Shown here: in pieces, positions 35,509-46,710 of the stretch
Layout of the letters: the number at the start of each line of letters is the position of its first letter
How positions within the stretch are numbered: position 1 is the first letter of the stretch
Assembly (NCBI GenBank): GCA_003427395.1
Contig: BFEA01000018.1
Coordinates: 1,584,098-1,648,097, forward strand
Source: Chara braunii
Lineage: Eukaryota; Plantae; Charophyceae
Length of the DNA: 64,000 nt
Reading direction: 5' to 3'
Program-made: the position numbers and the translations under genes
The notes under the pieces: generated by a model
What the model saw: the letters and a program-made list of their open reading frames with translations, nothing else
Database searches by the model: none
Told to the model about the DNA's origin: nothing

Positions 35509-38500
35509 TTGTTGAACAACTTATGTGTCGTTACAGGGTCCGCTACTGTAGACAGCAGTGTTAGCTGTAGACGCGGTAAGAACAAGAGAGGGTTAAACGA
35601 ACCCCATTGTAGTAGCCTCACATGAAGTTGCACCTCGGTCATAAAGCCGGCCGGACTCATCTGGCAGTGCGGGGCGCTATCGATCGTTGCCTACGTGAAA
35701 GGAGGGGGTTGAGTTAGTAGTACGAGGAAGTAGAGAGCCGCCGCAGCAGAGTAGCAAGAGAGGGGCCGAACCTGGCCGCCGGGCTGTACTGGGTACGATC
35801 GAAGTAGATGTGGCCAGGGACTGTCGGGCAGCAAAGATGGCCCGTCGAGGCTACGGGAACGCTGCGCTAGCTGCGAAGGGCAAAACCGGGCAGCGCTGCG
35901 CGACAGCGGGCAGAAGTGGGATAGCAAGGCTGCGGGTGTCTAGCGCTGAGCCGGTGAAGAGTGGAGGAGCGGAGTTTGCAGCAAACGGAGGGAGGAGTAA
36001 AAGTGGGAATGAATTCGGGTGTGTTTCCGCGCCAGATTCATTCGAAGGAAGGAGCTATGGAGCGAACGGGCAGGGCGCAGTCTGGGAAACGTAGCTCTCT
36101 CGATCCTCAGCGGAATCGAGAGGGGTAAGATGCTACCCCGGGGTTTTGACCCCGGGCGAATCCGTTCGTGAAGTCACTTTCAGAGGGGAGTGTGTAGCAT
36201 CAGCGTTAGAAGGAAAAGTCGTGGGTGGAGGGATGGCGAGGAGGCAAGCACGGTGTGGCAAGAACAGGTGTATCTTGCCCGATTACTGATGAAAACGGGT
36301 GAACTTAGACTCTATTCCGAAGTTCTTGAACCTCGCGAATCTGTCTGTGGAGTCGGTTTTCGCGTTGGAGTCTCGGTCTCGACACTACGCGAGTTATGGG
36401 CTGCGCCTGAAGAAGGAGATGGAGGGAGTGTGAAAGTGAGGGATTGATAAAGTCTGGTGAAAAGAGAAATGGGGAAAAGATGCTAATCCTGGGGTTTGGG
36501 GGCTGGCGAACTAGATTGGGAGGTTAGTTTTAGGAAGAGAGTTAGCGCAGAGGAGCGGAGTATTAAAAGAGAAGGTGAGGTCGACGGGAAAGTGAACAGG
36601 GATAGGCGTCTGCGCCAGGTGCATCCGCAGTCGAAGGGGAGAAGACGACGAATCTCACCCGTTTCTCAACGAAAACAGGTGGGAGAAAGTGCTACTCTGA
36701 CATTTTTTTGTAGGGCGAACGCGTTGGTGTTGCTAAATTTGAAGGATAGTCAGTAGGATAAGAGTTAGAGGAAAGATAGACTGCGAGGAGTAAGGAGGAA
36801 AGAAGGCAGATGAATCTGGACTGGAAAGTGCGTGGAGTCATGGAGATGGTCGGAGTGGTGAAGGAAGGAAAACTCGATATCTGCCCCGATACCCAACAGA
36901 ATCGGGCAGATCAAGATTCGTTCTGGAGGTTTCAAGTGCTTGCGATTCTGAATCTACAGCTAGATTAGAAGGAGAGTTAGTGAAATAGAAGCGAAAGTAA
37001 GGTGCATGGAAGGTGTCAGGGGGAGAAACGGGCAATCGTGCTCAATCGCTGCTAAGACTCGAACGAGGAAAGGAGTTAAAGCCGTGACTTTGAATCAGGC
37101 GAGCGCAGTAACCATTAAAGCTGCGGAGAAACGATGTCACAACGATGAATTTATCTCTCCGCGCTCTAGCAAAAGATTCATTCCCATCCGGCCCGACTCA
37201 GCAAGACAGTCAGGGTCCGTTGGGCGACAAAACCCAGGTCGTGACTGACCTCGAGCTCTAGTAGTGCTTCCGGCCGCTGCGTCGGTGCTGACCTCCTCCT
37301 CAACAGTAAGATGTTTGGTTAAAGACCAGTAGAGGACGGGGGCTGCGTCAACAAAGGCAAAAGGATTACGTGGAGCAGATCGGGCCGGTCGAAGGAGTAT
37401 AGCGGGCAGTTAATGTATTATTCCGCTTTATAACAGAGGGTTCATTCTTGTTTGCTTTTCCCTCAGGTACTGTGTGTGCATAAGAGCGAGGCAGGCGTGC
37501 GGGGGCTGGGACACAGGAGGAATAAGCGAATAAGAGGGAGAGAAGTTACTTACCTGGGCAGAGAGGGAAATGGGACCAGGAGGCTGCCACCCACAGAGCC
37601 AAACACGTCAAAGACAGGGACTGCTCGGTTCGGGATGACCATGTTGACTGTCGGTGACGGCGGACGTTAGGCGAAGTGACTCTTGGCTCAATGGGTAGTG
37701 GAAACCAGTAGTCTGCGGAGCTAAGTAGGTCATGTGCTACTTCGCACAGTGTTGGATGTGTGGGCGTCCGCGCCCCACCATTGCCCTGCTGCCTGAGGTT
37801 CGCTTGCCTTGCATGTAGTTCTTTGCGGGTTGATGTGTTCGCTGTGCGGTATGGCCGTGTTGAAAGTGTTGTCCTATGTTTTGCTATTTTATTGTCGGGC
37901 TGTTCCTCCGCCGGCCGTGCCCTCCCGGTACATACTGTAGGTTACCGTGCTGCTGATGCAGCTAGTTGCTATCGTGTCGGGGCACAGTCTGTGTGCTTAT
38001 ATTGAACCTCGACTGGTGTGGCTGTTGTAGGCTTAGGCAGCTGCTGTGTTTTAAGGCTGCTGTATGCTACTGCCTGCCACAGCCCGCCGTTGCCAACTAT
38101 TATGACAACTGTAGACTGTGCAAAAGTTGTTGCTGGCCATTGTTGGCTATGGCAGGCCATGAAAGTTTGATACATACTACAGCGTACTACAGCCGGCCAC
38201 TGCGTATTACTCCACATTACTGCGACATTGTTGTATACTACGGGCCTACTGCAGGCGTCTGTGCGTCATCGTTGAGAGGGTGGTGAACCGCTGTTGGTTG
38301 AGCACTATTATTGACGTTATGCATCACTACTGCACNTGACCGAGGCTANTGATGTGCACCGTTNACTGAGGCACGACAATACGTAGGTTGGAATACTGTA
38401 ATTTGTTGAGATACAGTTCGGCCAGCGCGCTATTGGGTCTATTGTGGGGGCGCCGCAAACAGGAGGTGTAGTTGGACTGTGAGGGGAGTTAAATGCTGNG

Positions 38501-39099
38501 AAGTGGGGGNTCGTCAGGAGGGTGAGTTCGACNGTTTGACTTCAGGTTGACCAAGCGATTGTTACATTGGTCGCCATTGCGGGGCCCTTAGGCGTTGGAA
38601 GATAACAAGGCCCTCTCCCGCGAGTCTGAGTGCAACTCCCTTGGATTTGAGAGTCTTAACGTTTCTACTTCTGCCTTTCTTACTCTAAGTCTAGTCTGTT
38701 GGTTCTGAGAGGAAGGCGGCAGGCGGGATTGCAACCCGTAGGACCGCAACAAGACTCTGTGGGGAGTCATCCCACCGATTGCGGGAGCTCTGCCGGAACT
38801 CAGGAGGAGTTATGGAGGCAGGGAACTGACAGGTAACCATTGCTTTCCCTCTATAAACACAGTTATAATCCCTATCTGTATTTCCCATTACATCTCTGAC
38901 TGAGTATATGGTGTGCAACCTTACTTTGACTTTTGTTTGACTTTCAGGACGCTGAATCAGACTAAGTAAAGGAATGTCTGCTCAATCTCAGGTTCAACTT
39001 TATTTTGTTGTATGAAATCGGATTGCTGAAAGGAATTGCATCTGGGGAAGGCAGGATGGAGGACTGTTTTGATTGAGGGTTTGACTGGGTCATTAAGGC

Positions 39100-40080
39100 T
39101 AGGAAGTCCCCACAAGTTTGGGGAGACTCAGTGCTTTGTTTATTTTGGTTCGTATGGAGCGTCAGACCCTTCTATAAGTTTAGGGGGTCTGATTGCTCAT
39201 GAAGGGTCAGGCTGTTCTATAAGCTTAGGTGGTCTGACTGCTCGGACTTGTGAGGGCTGCTTGTGTTTGACTTTTTCAGAGACCAAGCTCGTTCTGTAAG
39301 TTCAGGTGCCTTGGTCACCTTGGTTATTTTGGGTTTTTCCCTGTTTATTTGGTTCTGAACGAGGAGGTCTAAGTCGTTCTATAAGTTTAGGTGGCTTAGC
39401 CTCTTCCTGTTTTTTTTTTGATAAAACGAACCTGACAGAGGGCAGATCGTTCTATAAGTTCAAGTGATCTAGCCCAATGTCACGCACATATTGGATCAGA
39501 GAGGAACGAATTAGGCAGAGAGCCAGACTGTTCGCTAAGTTCAGGTGGTCCGACTGAAAGCCTCGCACATGTTGGAACCCAAAGGTTATAACTTGGCTAT
39601 ATTTTGTTATTAGTCAATTTAAGAACAGGCTAGTCAGACCGTTTTATAAGTTTAGGTGGTCTGACTATAGCCTATCACAACTTGAAGAAAGTATAATTAA
39701 AAATATAACTGGTGGTAAGTTGGGGCAGACTGAACTTAAGTCAGTTCAACCCTATGTAGACTTAGAAGGCTAAGTGCAGACAATTATATATACCTTGGAT
39801 ATCTTAAACAGTTCAGGGCGACTAGATGGGTCTAGTCATATGCCCAAAGAAGAGAGAAGTAGTTGTGCCCTCTGTTAATGTATACTCTTTGACAAGTTAG
39901 GCTCATAAATGTAGGAATACTACTGGGAAGTTGGTGGGCTTATCATGAGCTAGGTTGGGGCGGTTGGTGGTCTTGGGATCCCGTAGAAAATGCATCTTTG
40001 ATGCCTTGGGTATAAACTACAACTTGTATTCATTCAGTCATTTCATTTCGGTTGAATCCATAAGTTTGGGTGGTCCGACC
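39100..40080 (+). repeat. TAAGTT hexaloop stem-loop array (LTR B)
   Basis: ~10 hairpins, e.g. tagtcagaccgtttta-taagtt-taggtggtctgacta. Confidence 0.88.
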
Positions 40081-40379
40081 TTATGCCTTATGTAAGTTGG
40101 GTACAAGGGATTAAATCATTGAAAGGTCATGAACTATTGTTTGTTCAGGTATACTTTGGGATGGTGAGAGTACTTACCTTTGTGATCTGGCCTGCACGCG
40201 GCTGAGTGAGATCACTACTTATATGAGTTTCAGTTTGATAGGTAGTTGTTTTAGCTGCCCGCCGTGTGCTAGAGCCATAGGAGTTAGTTTCAATCCCTGC
40301 ATTTTCTGTGATAGTTTTTTTTACTTAGGTCAATTCTTGAATTTTTTGGGATCATTTTTTTGTACTTGGCCTTGTATAA

Positions 40380-40920
40380 ATCTTGACAAGCTACTTTCTC
40401 TATGGCAAACGCTGCCAAAATTTCTACAAATCCAAGGAGTTAGTCAATTTTTGACTTGTTAAAGTTCAACTTGTCTTTTCCTTATATCTGACCTAGTAAA
40501 AATCTGGAAAGTCTCCTTTTCTAAAGGGAGTGCTGCCCAAATTTTTGCTAATTCAGGGAGTTAGACAAAATTTGGATTTTGAGAAGTCAAAGTTACTTTC
40601 AAATTCCAGACATAGCCTCGTATGAATTTTGGAAAAACACTTTTCTAAAAGGTGTGCTGCCGAAATTTCTGCAAAACTAGGGAGTTGGTCAAATCTTGTC
40701 TAAGTTGAACTCAAGTTTTCTTTTGAGTTCATATCTGACTTAGTGTAAATCTGGGAAGTCTCTCTCTCTAAAGGGAGTGCGGCCCAAATTTTTACTAATT
40801 AAGGGAGTTAGACAAAATTTGACTTTCCAGAGTTAAAGATTATTTCTGCTTTCATATTCAGACTTATATAAATTCTGAAAAGACACTTTTTCTACGGGAA
40901 GCGCTGCCGAAATTTTCTTA
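40380..40920 (+). repeat. ~124 bp repeat, 5 copies (LTR B)
   Basis: Cores near 40405, 40526, 40651, 40772 and 40896. Confidence 0.85.
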
Positions 40921-40928
40921 GTTTAGAG

Positions 40929-41366
40929 CTGTGTAGTATCGTGCTCGGGTTCGGTGACCGAACCCGAACGTTCGGGACCGAACGCGAACGAGCGCCAAAA
41001 CTTTCCGAACACGAACGTAAAAATATTTAAAAAAAAAAAAAAAAAAAANNNNNNNNNNNNNNNNNNNNNNNNNNNNNNNNNNNNNNNNNNNNNNNNNNNN
41101 NNNNNNNNNNNNNNNNNNNNNNNNNNNNNNNNNNNNNNNNNNNNNNNNNNNNNNNNNNNNNNNNNNNNNNNNNNNNNNNNNNNNNNNNNNNNNNNNNNNN
41201 NNNNNNNNNNNNNNNNNNNNNNNNNNNNNNNNNNNNNNNNNNNNNNNNNNNNNNNNNNNNNNNNNNNNNNNNNNNNNNNNGAACACGTTCGGGTGGCGTT
41301 CGGCCGAACACCCGAACATGTTCGGACGTTCGGAAAAGCTCCGAACATGTTCGGTGTGCTACACAG
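40929..41366. mobile_element. hAT-like MITE (contains an N gap)
   Basis: TIR CTGTGTAG...CTACACAG; 8 bp TSD GTTTAGAG at 40921-40928 and 41367-41374; CCGAAC/GTTCGG subterminal repeats. Confidence 0.88.
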
Positions 41367-41397
41367 GTTTAGAGGAGATAAATTGTATTTTGACAAG

Positions 41398-41664
41398 AGA
41401 CGATTCTGACGATCGTAGGAAGATCGTAGCCCGAACCTCTAAGAATCGGCCAAGGTCAGGCGGCCCGCCTCTCTTTACCCCCTCCTTCCAGATAAGCCGA
41501 CGGGCTCTAACCCACACGTATGCCCCTTCCCGGAAAACCTCTCCCTTCTCCACGCTCATCCAATAAGGAGTCACCCTGGGGTCTCCCGGAACTAAAACCC
41601 TCTCGGCGTCACTGACCTCTATCGATTCCACCACCCCGTTTTCACTGAGCATGAACTTCACCAT
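41398..41664 (-). pseudogene. Accessory ORF family alpha, truncated copy
   Basis: GAYVWV...GRFLEVRATIFL aligns with GEFVWV...GRSLEVTAVIFI of 41642-42328. Confidence 0.6.
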
Positions 41665-42328
41665 CTGCTATCATCCTTCTAAAGACCCACCTGCGATATT
41701 TTTCGGGAGAGAGAGTGAAGGGTTCTTCTAGAGACCTTAGTCTCCGAAAAATACCCCAGAGTTTTCTGCGCGGCGGAATACCCTGATTGATGCAATGCGT
41801 ATACAATATCCACAGGGCCCTGAAGGTAAGCCCCAAACTCCTGCCCCTCTCTAGAAGACACACTATCTTTCCCTCGATTGCTCTAGGGAACAGGTAAGAC
41901 GACACCCTCACAGTTAACGGGTAACTTGACCTCGGAAGCTCTCTTTCCCTTGCGAACCTCTCCCTTTTCATGGACACGAATGCAAATCGCTCTCTAACCC
42001 TACTTATCCACTCCCCTCTCACGTCTCTCGCCTCTCGCAACAATTTTTCCAGCCCACCCCCTTGTCCCAGAATTAGGGGTACTACAAGCTTCGTCAAAGC
42101 CTCCGGTGCAATGAAAATAACCGCGGTTACCTCAAGACTCCGCCCAAGACCTTGGCCTTCTACTTCTTTGGATTCTACCCACACGAATTCCCCACTAACC
42201 GTGGACCTCCCCCCTTCTATCCTTTCCCAATCAGGGACTTCCCCGTTGCTAGGGAATAGCCTAAGGGCCTCATGGTCCTCTAAAGAGGACTCTAAGAAGC
42301 ATCCCTGCTCTCTATCATGGAACACCAT
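41642..42328 (-). CDS. Accessory ORF family alpha, 228 aa, unknown function
   Basis: Intact ATG ORF; motifs IFIAPEA, ELPR, VSSYLF and LWILYTHC are shared with paralogs. Confidence 0.65.
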   Translation of the reverse strand: MVFHDREQGCFLESSLEDHEALRLFPSNGEVPDWERIEGGRSTVSGEFVWVESKEVEGQGLGRSLEVTAVIFIAPEALTKLVVPLILGQGGGLEKLLREARDVRGEWISRVRERFAFVSMKRERFARERELPRSSYPLTVRVSSYLFPRAIEGKIVCLLERGRSLGLTFRALWILYTHCINQGIPPRRKLWGIFRRLRSLEEPFTLSPEKYRRWVFRRMIADGEVHAQ

Positions 42329-42332
42329 TCAT

Positions 42333-43075
42333 TTAGAACATTCTCTGCAGTACCCCGAAGACCCTTTGGTATCCGTAGTCCCTTCCCCCCTTGCGGTCCC
42401 GGGTAGACTCCCTAAAGATCCCCGCACGAATCCTCCATGCCTTGATCCCGTATGGTGCCGGGTTATCCACGCAATAGGTGTAGTACCAATGGAGCGACCT
42501 AACAGGGAGCTGCCACCCCCTTTCTCGCACTATGGACCGCACAACCCTCTCGTATCGCTCCTCCTTCCCGGTCACCCTTCGAAAAACGAACGACGGGAAT
42601 ATGGCTCTGATGCACCCTGTGGCGCGGGGGTACTCTTCGTCTCGCGCGCAGATCACCCTTACCTCAACGGGTGGGTAGTGTCTAAGGGGTTCCGCCTCAA
42701 AGATCTGCCTCAAAATCGGACCCGCTTGTGCCTCCCAATGATCCGCACGGTACCAACCCAGGACCAAGTGAGTGACGTAATCGACCCAGGCCTCCTTACT
42801 TAAGTAGACAGTTCCTTCCGCATGGATCACTGGTCGCCTGGGTCTCTTCCCGCTTAGGGGCCTGTTCTGGGACCACCTGTCCCCCTCCCAAGTTCCTACC
42901 GCGAAACGAGCCCAAAGAAAAACCCCTCGTTCTAATTTTAACCCTCTCTCGCGACCGGCTAGATACCTCTCCGTGCGATGGTCTAAGGGGACGATGAAGC
43001 ACTCCCTGTCTTTGCTTAAATCCGCCTTCTCTATCCGAACCCCTTCTTCCTCAGTACCCTCTATGATCCTAACTA
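42333..43075 (-). pseudogene. Accessory ORF family alpha (stop or frameshift in the N-terminal part)
   Basis: GVFLWA...VYLSKEAW...EEYPR...FPSFVFRRV...LHWYYTYC. Confidence 0.6.
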
Positions 43076-43434
43076 TCCCCTTGGACTATCTCTTCTATGA
43101 TTTGAACCAGCACTTTCCAATCGTCCGACCCGTCCAGGAAAGCGTCCGGAATAGTGGGAACAGGCCTACCCCCTCGTGAATACGTCCTACACCCCAACGA
43201 GTAGAAGTAGTTAATCTCGTAAGCCCCCAGCAGTTGCCTCTCGAGCTGTGCGTGACCGACCGCTTCCTCCCAGCTATCCAAATATCCTGCCTCTCTATCA
43301 ACACCCTCTTCTACGTACAAGGCTATGTCGAAGTGGCTGGTCCACCAGTAGAAGGTATAGCACCACACATTTACCCCGCCTCGATCACCTACACTAATTC
43401 TTGCGGGTTCAAACTCCAAAGGCCTCAAGCTCAT
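43069..43434 (-). CDS. Accessory ORF family beta, copy 2
   Basis: MSL...VNVWCYTF...YVEEG...YFYSLG.RTY.RGGRP.P.I.DA.LDG. Confidence 0.6.
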   Translation of the reverse strand: MSLRPLEFEPARISVGDRGGVNVWCYTFYWWTSHFDIALYVEEGVDREAGYLDSWEEAVGHAQLERQLLGAYEINYFYSLGCRTYSRGGRPVPTIPDAFLDGSDDWKVLVQIIEEIVQGDS

Positions 43435-43790
43435 GTATTCGCCGCTCTCACAACTCTCTCCACAATCCGTACTAACACTTTTCATTCATCCGCCCCATCG
43501 AGATAAGCGTCCGAAATTACCGGCGCCGGGCGACCACCTCTGGGGTAGGTTCGATATCCTAGCGAGTAGAAATACTTGTACCCGTCACCCCTCAATTCCT
43601 CCCGCGAACCGCGGGAGTGGCGTATCGCCTCTTCCCACCCACGAAGGAAGTCCTCTCCTTGATCTTGTCCTTCCTCTACATAGACACCCACATCAAAGTC
43701 ACCCGTCCATAGTCGAAAGGAGTAACACCAAACGTCAACACTTCCGTACGTACACACGCTAATCCATTTTGGAACGGCTTCTAGGCTCAT
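43431..43790 (-). pseudogene. Accessory ORF family beta, copy 1 (W-to-stop at 43482-43484)
   Basis: Clearly paralogous to copy 2; its TGA overlaps the next ATG (ATGA at 43431-43434). Confidence 0.6.
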
Positions 43791-45949
43791 ACAGTATAAT
43801 CAAAGGAAAATTCCCTAAGTTCATATTTCCTTTTGGCCACTCGAGAGACCACCTCTATCCCGCAAGGAAAAGAAGCCTGTGAGCTCAGAAGGATCAAATG
43901 GACCAGAGAAGGAACGCCGTCTCACTCGGCTACCTTCCTGTCCTCCCCCGCTGAGTGACTCCTCCCCACTCCCGGCCTAGAGACTAGCCGCGGACACAGG
44001 TTATCCCCGAGGAAGGGTGGCAACCCCCTCCCCGGAGTCGGACTGAAATCACACACTCGGGTCCGATGTCCCTCACTGAACCAACCTCTAGTCCTTAGTT
44101 AGCCTATCCGGTACCACGCCTCTACCCGGCCCACCTCAAGCGTGGAATTACCCGGGTCCCAGGACAAGATCCACCTATTTATCAGAAATCACTAGCTTAT
44201 CTACTCCCTCCCCACTCTCCTCATCGTGAACTCTTCGCACTTCGTTTCCTTCTTCCTTTTCCGCCTCCCGCTGCCTCTTTTCTCTCTTGGAATCACTGGA
44301 AAATCGGAAAGTTAGAAAAAAAATGGGGTGAGAAGAGCGGAGCTTTAGGAAGAGGCTCTCAGGTAAGGTTGATAAGTATACGTACCTTGAGTCTTCAATA
44401 TTCGTTATCATAGGCCCAATAGTCCCCCAATTTCGAGTCCGAGAAATCGGCTAGACACCGGTCCACCCAGGGTGCGGCCTCCGACCACTCGTCCAAGGTC
44501 CCCCAAGTACCCCCTTCTTCTCTAACGCCCTCGCTAAGATGGGTCGGTGTGTCTCTTTCTCCCATTCGCCCCGGTACCCGTAACACCACTCTCCTCTCCC
44601 CCAAGTCCCGAACCGGTCCCGTTTGAGAGTTCCGCTCCCTTTTGGGAGTTGGAACCGTCGTCAGCCCTCGCGGGTCGAGAACCGAAGCCCCTATCCCTTC
44701 TCTAGACACCCTCTTTCGTGCGGGACTTTGCCCCCGGGTGGGTGCCCTCCACAACCCGTGCGGATCAAGAATACTTGGCGACCCCCTTGGGTCCCAAATA
44801 GACAGCGCCCCCGGACCCTCTCGGCCCTCTCTCTCCTCTTTCCCTCTCCACCTTTCTCTCTCTACCCCTTAAGCAGACCCCCTTACACTATTTTCCCGGA
44901 CTGTTCTTCTTCCCACCCTTTTGTTGTTCTTCACCCTCATTCAGACCCCTCAAGCAAACTGTGCACCCCCTTAATTTTTAAGTTTTTAGAAATAAACATG
45001 CGCAAAAACCAAGCACACAAAAAGAAACTGACCTGCTTTACCCCTCGAAGGCCGGAAGCGGGAGNCGANATCGNAAGCNNGCCGGAGCGGACCTGCAAAA
45101 AAGCCAAGGAGACAAGCCCAATACCCAAAGCCCCTCGCACCCGACAAGCCCAACAACAGCCCCTCNCCCCCCAATAAAACTCTCGCCGATGCCGCTTGAG
45201 AAGAACCNCNTAGANCCNGATGAAGACTACCTTGAAGCCGTNTGCCGAAGGACTTGATGCCGAAAATTTGCAGAACGCCCCAGACTCTCCCTACCGCTGC
45301 CTGTCACGCTGGTCCTCCCNTTACACCGNGTCCTTTGAGCNGGCCNCGGCCGCGGGAGAAANGCTCATCCNTNGCAACGGCGCCNCTTTGTCCGNCAACT
45401 CTNCCGGNTCCCCTTGCCAACGTTCCCCCAACGATGCCCCGNCCCTTTNTGATANCGGCCCTCNCCCCGTATTCCTACGTTCGACCCGCCCGCTAAAANG
45501 TTCCCTATANNGAGGNCCGAATCGAGCCCCGAGGTGTTTGAGATCGCGCCCGAGAGGAGAGAGGGGGATGCGNNATCNCGGTTGGNGAACTCTGTCGGAC
45601 CCAATTCGGGCCTTAAGCAGGGAGTCGGCTGTGCATATTCAAAGTAAACTTAGCTTGACAGTCACTTGGNGCANAAGTCAAAAGCNGCCCAGGACTTTAT
45701 GAGCNAGTTCGNANCGNGTCGCGGCCANCCTTCGACTGACCCGTAGCGGACAGGGTGTCCCGGCACAGACCTGCGGAAATTGGAACCAAAAGCAACTCCA
45801 ACAAATGCCAAGAAAGTGTACTGCGGTGGGCTCGAGAGCATCGCCAGCCGCGTAGAGGTCCTGACTCGGAATCGGAGATGAGACCGGTTGTAAACTAAGA
45901 CCCAGACGAGCCGACTGCTGGACAGAGTGTAAACTCGGGTGAGGGGCGA

Positions 45950-46170
45950 GAGTAAACTGCAATGGTTCGGTCGCCCACCCGACTTCGACTCGAAACGCGA
46001 CAAAAGGTGAAAATGCGGATTTAAGCGAGAAGCCAAATAGCTTAGCCACCGACACGACTTCGACTCGAAACGGGACAAAAAGATGAGAATGCGGGTTTAA
46101 ATGAGAAGTCAAAGTAAACTGTAATAGCTTAGCCACCGACCCGACTTCGACTCGAAATGGATCAAAGGTA
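45950..46170. repeat. ~70-85 bp tandem repeat (cgacttcgactcgaaa core), 3 copies
   Basis: Cores near 45980, 46055 and 46142. Confidence 0.8.
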
Positions 46171-46439
46171 AAAAAAAACAAGCTCAAGTGAGACTCCGGG
46201 CGGAGGTGATCTCGCACAGACTTGTCAAAGTTTCCTGACCGATTCGTTCAGCCGGCCTCTGCTCCCCTGCTTCTACCTTAAGCCCGGCGAGCGGAGGTCC
46301 GCTGCTGAGCTTCCGCCCCCACCCTGACCTCGGATCAGATACAAAAAGAAAGGAAAAATAGATGCCGCTCGAACACTCCTCGAGGCGTTCCCGAGCTGCC
46401 GGCCCTTCCTCCCACTTTTTCTGTCCCCTCCCTTCCCCT

Positions 46440-46580
46440 TTTTCCCCCTACTCCTCTCCCTTTTTCGCTCTCTGTCTCTCTCCCTCTCTTTCTCTCTCTT
46501 TTTCCCGCTTCTCTCTCTCTCTCTCTTTCTCTCCCTCTCTCTCTTTCTCTCTCTCGCTCTTTCTTTCTCTCTCGATCTCA

Positions 46581-46620
<40 letters not shown>

Positions 46621-46710
46621 ACTCTCTCTCCCTCTCTCTCTCTCTCTCTTCTTCCTCTCTCTTTCTCTCTCTCTCTTTCTTCTTTCTTTTCTCTCCTCCT
46701 TTCTCCCCCT
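46440..46710. repeat. (CT)n-rich tract
   Basis: Read directly from the sequence. Confidence 0.9.

Larger units (their letters stand above)
34385..41397 (+). mobile_element. Giant LTR B, 3'-truncated at ~41397
   Basis: Starts TGTCAG plus the hairpin; colinear with A up to ...ttttgacaag, then joins element D sequence abruptly. Confidence 0.8.
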
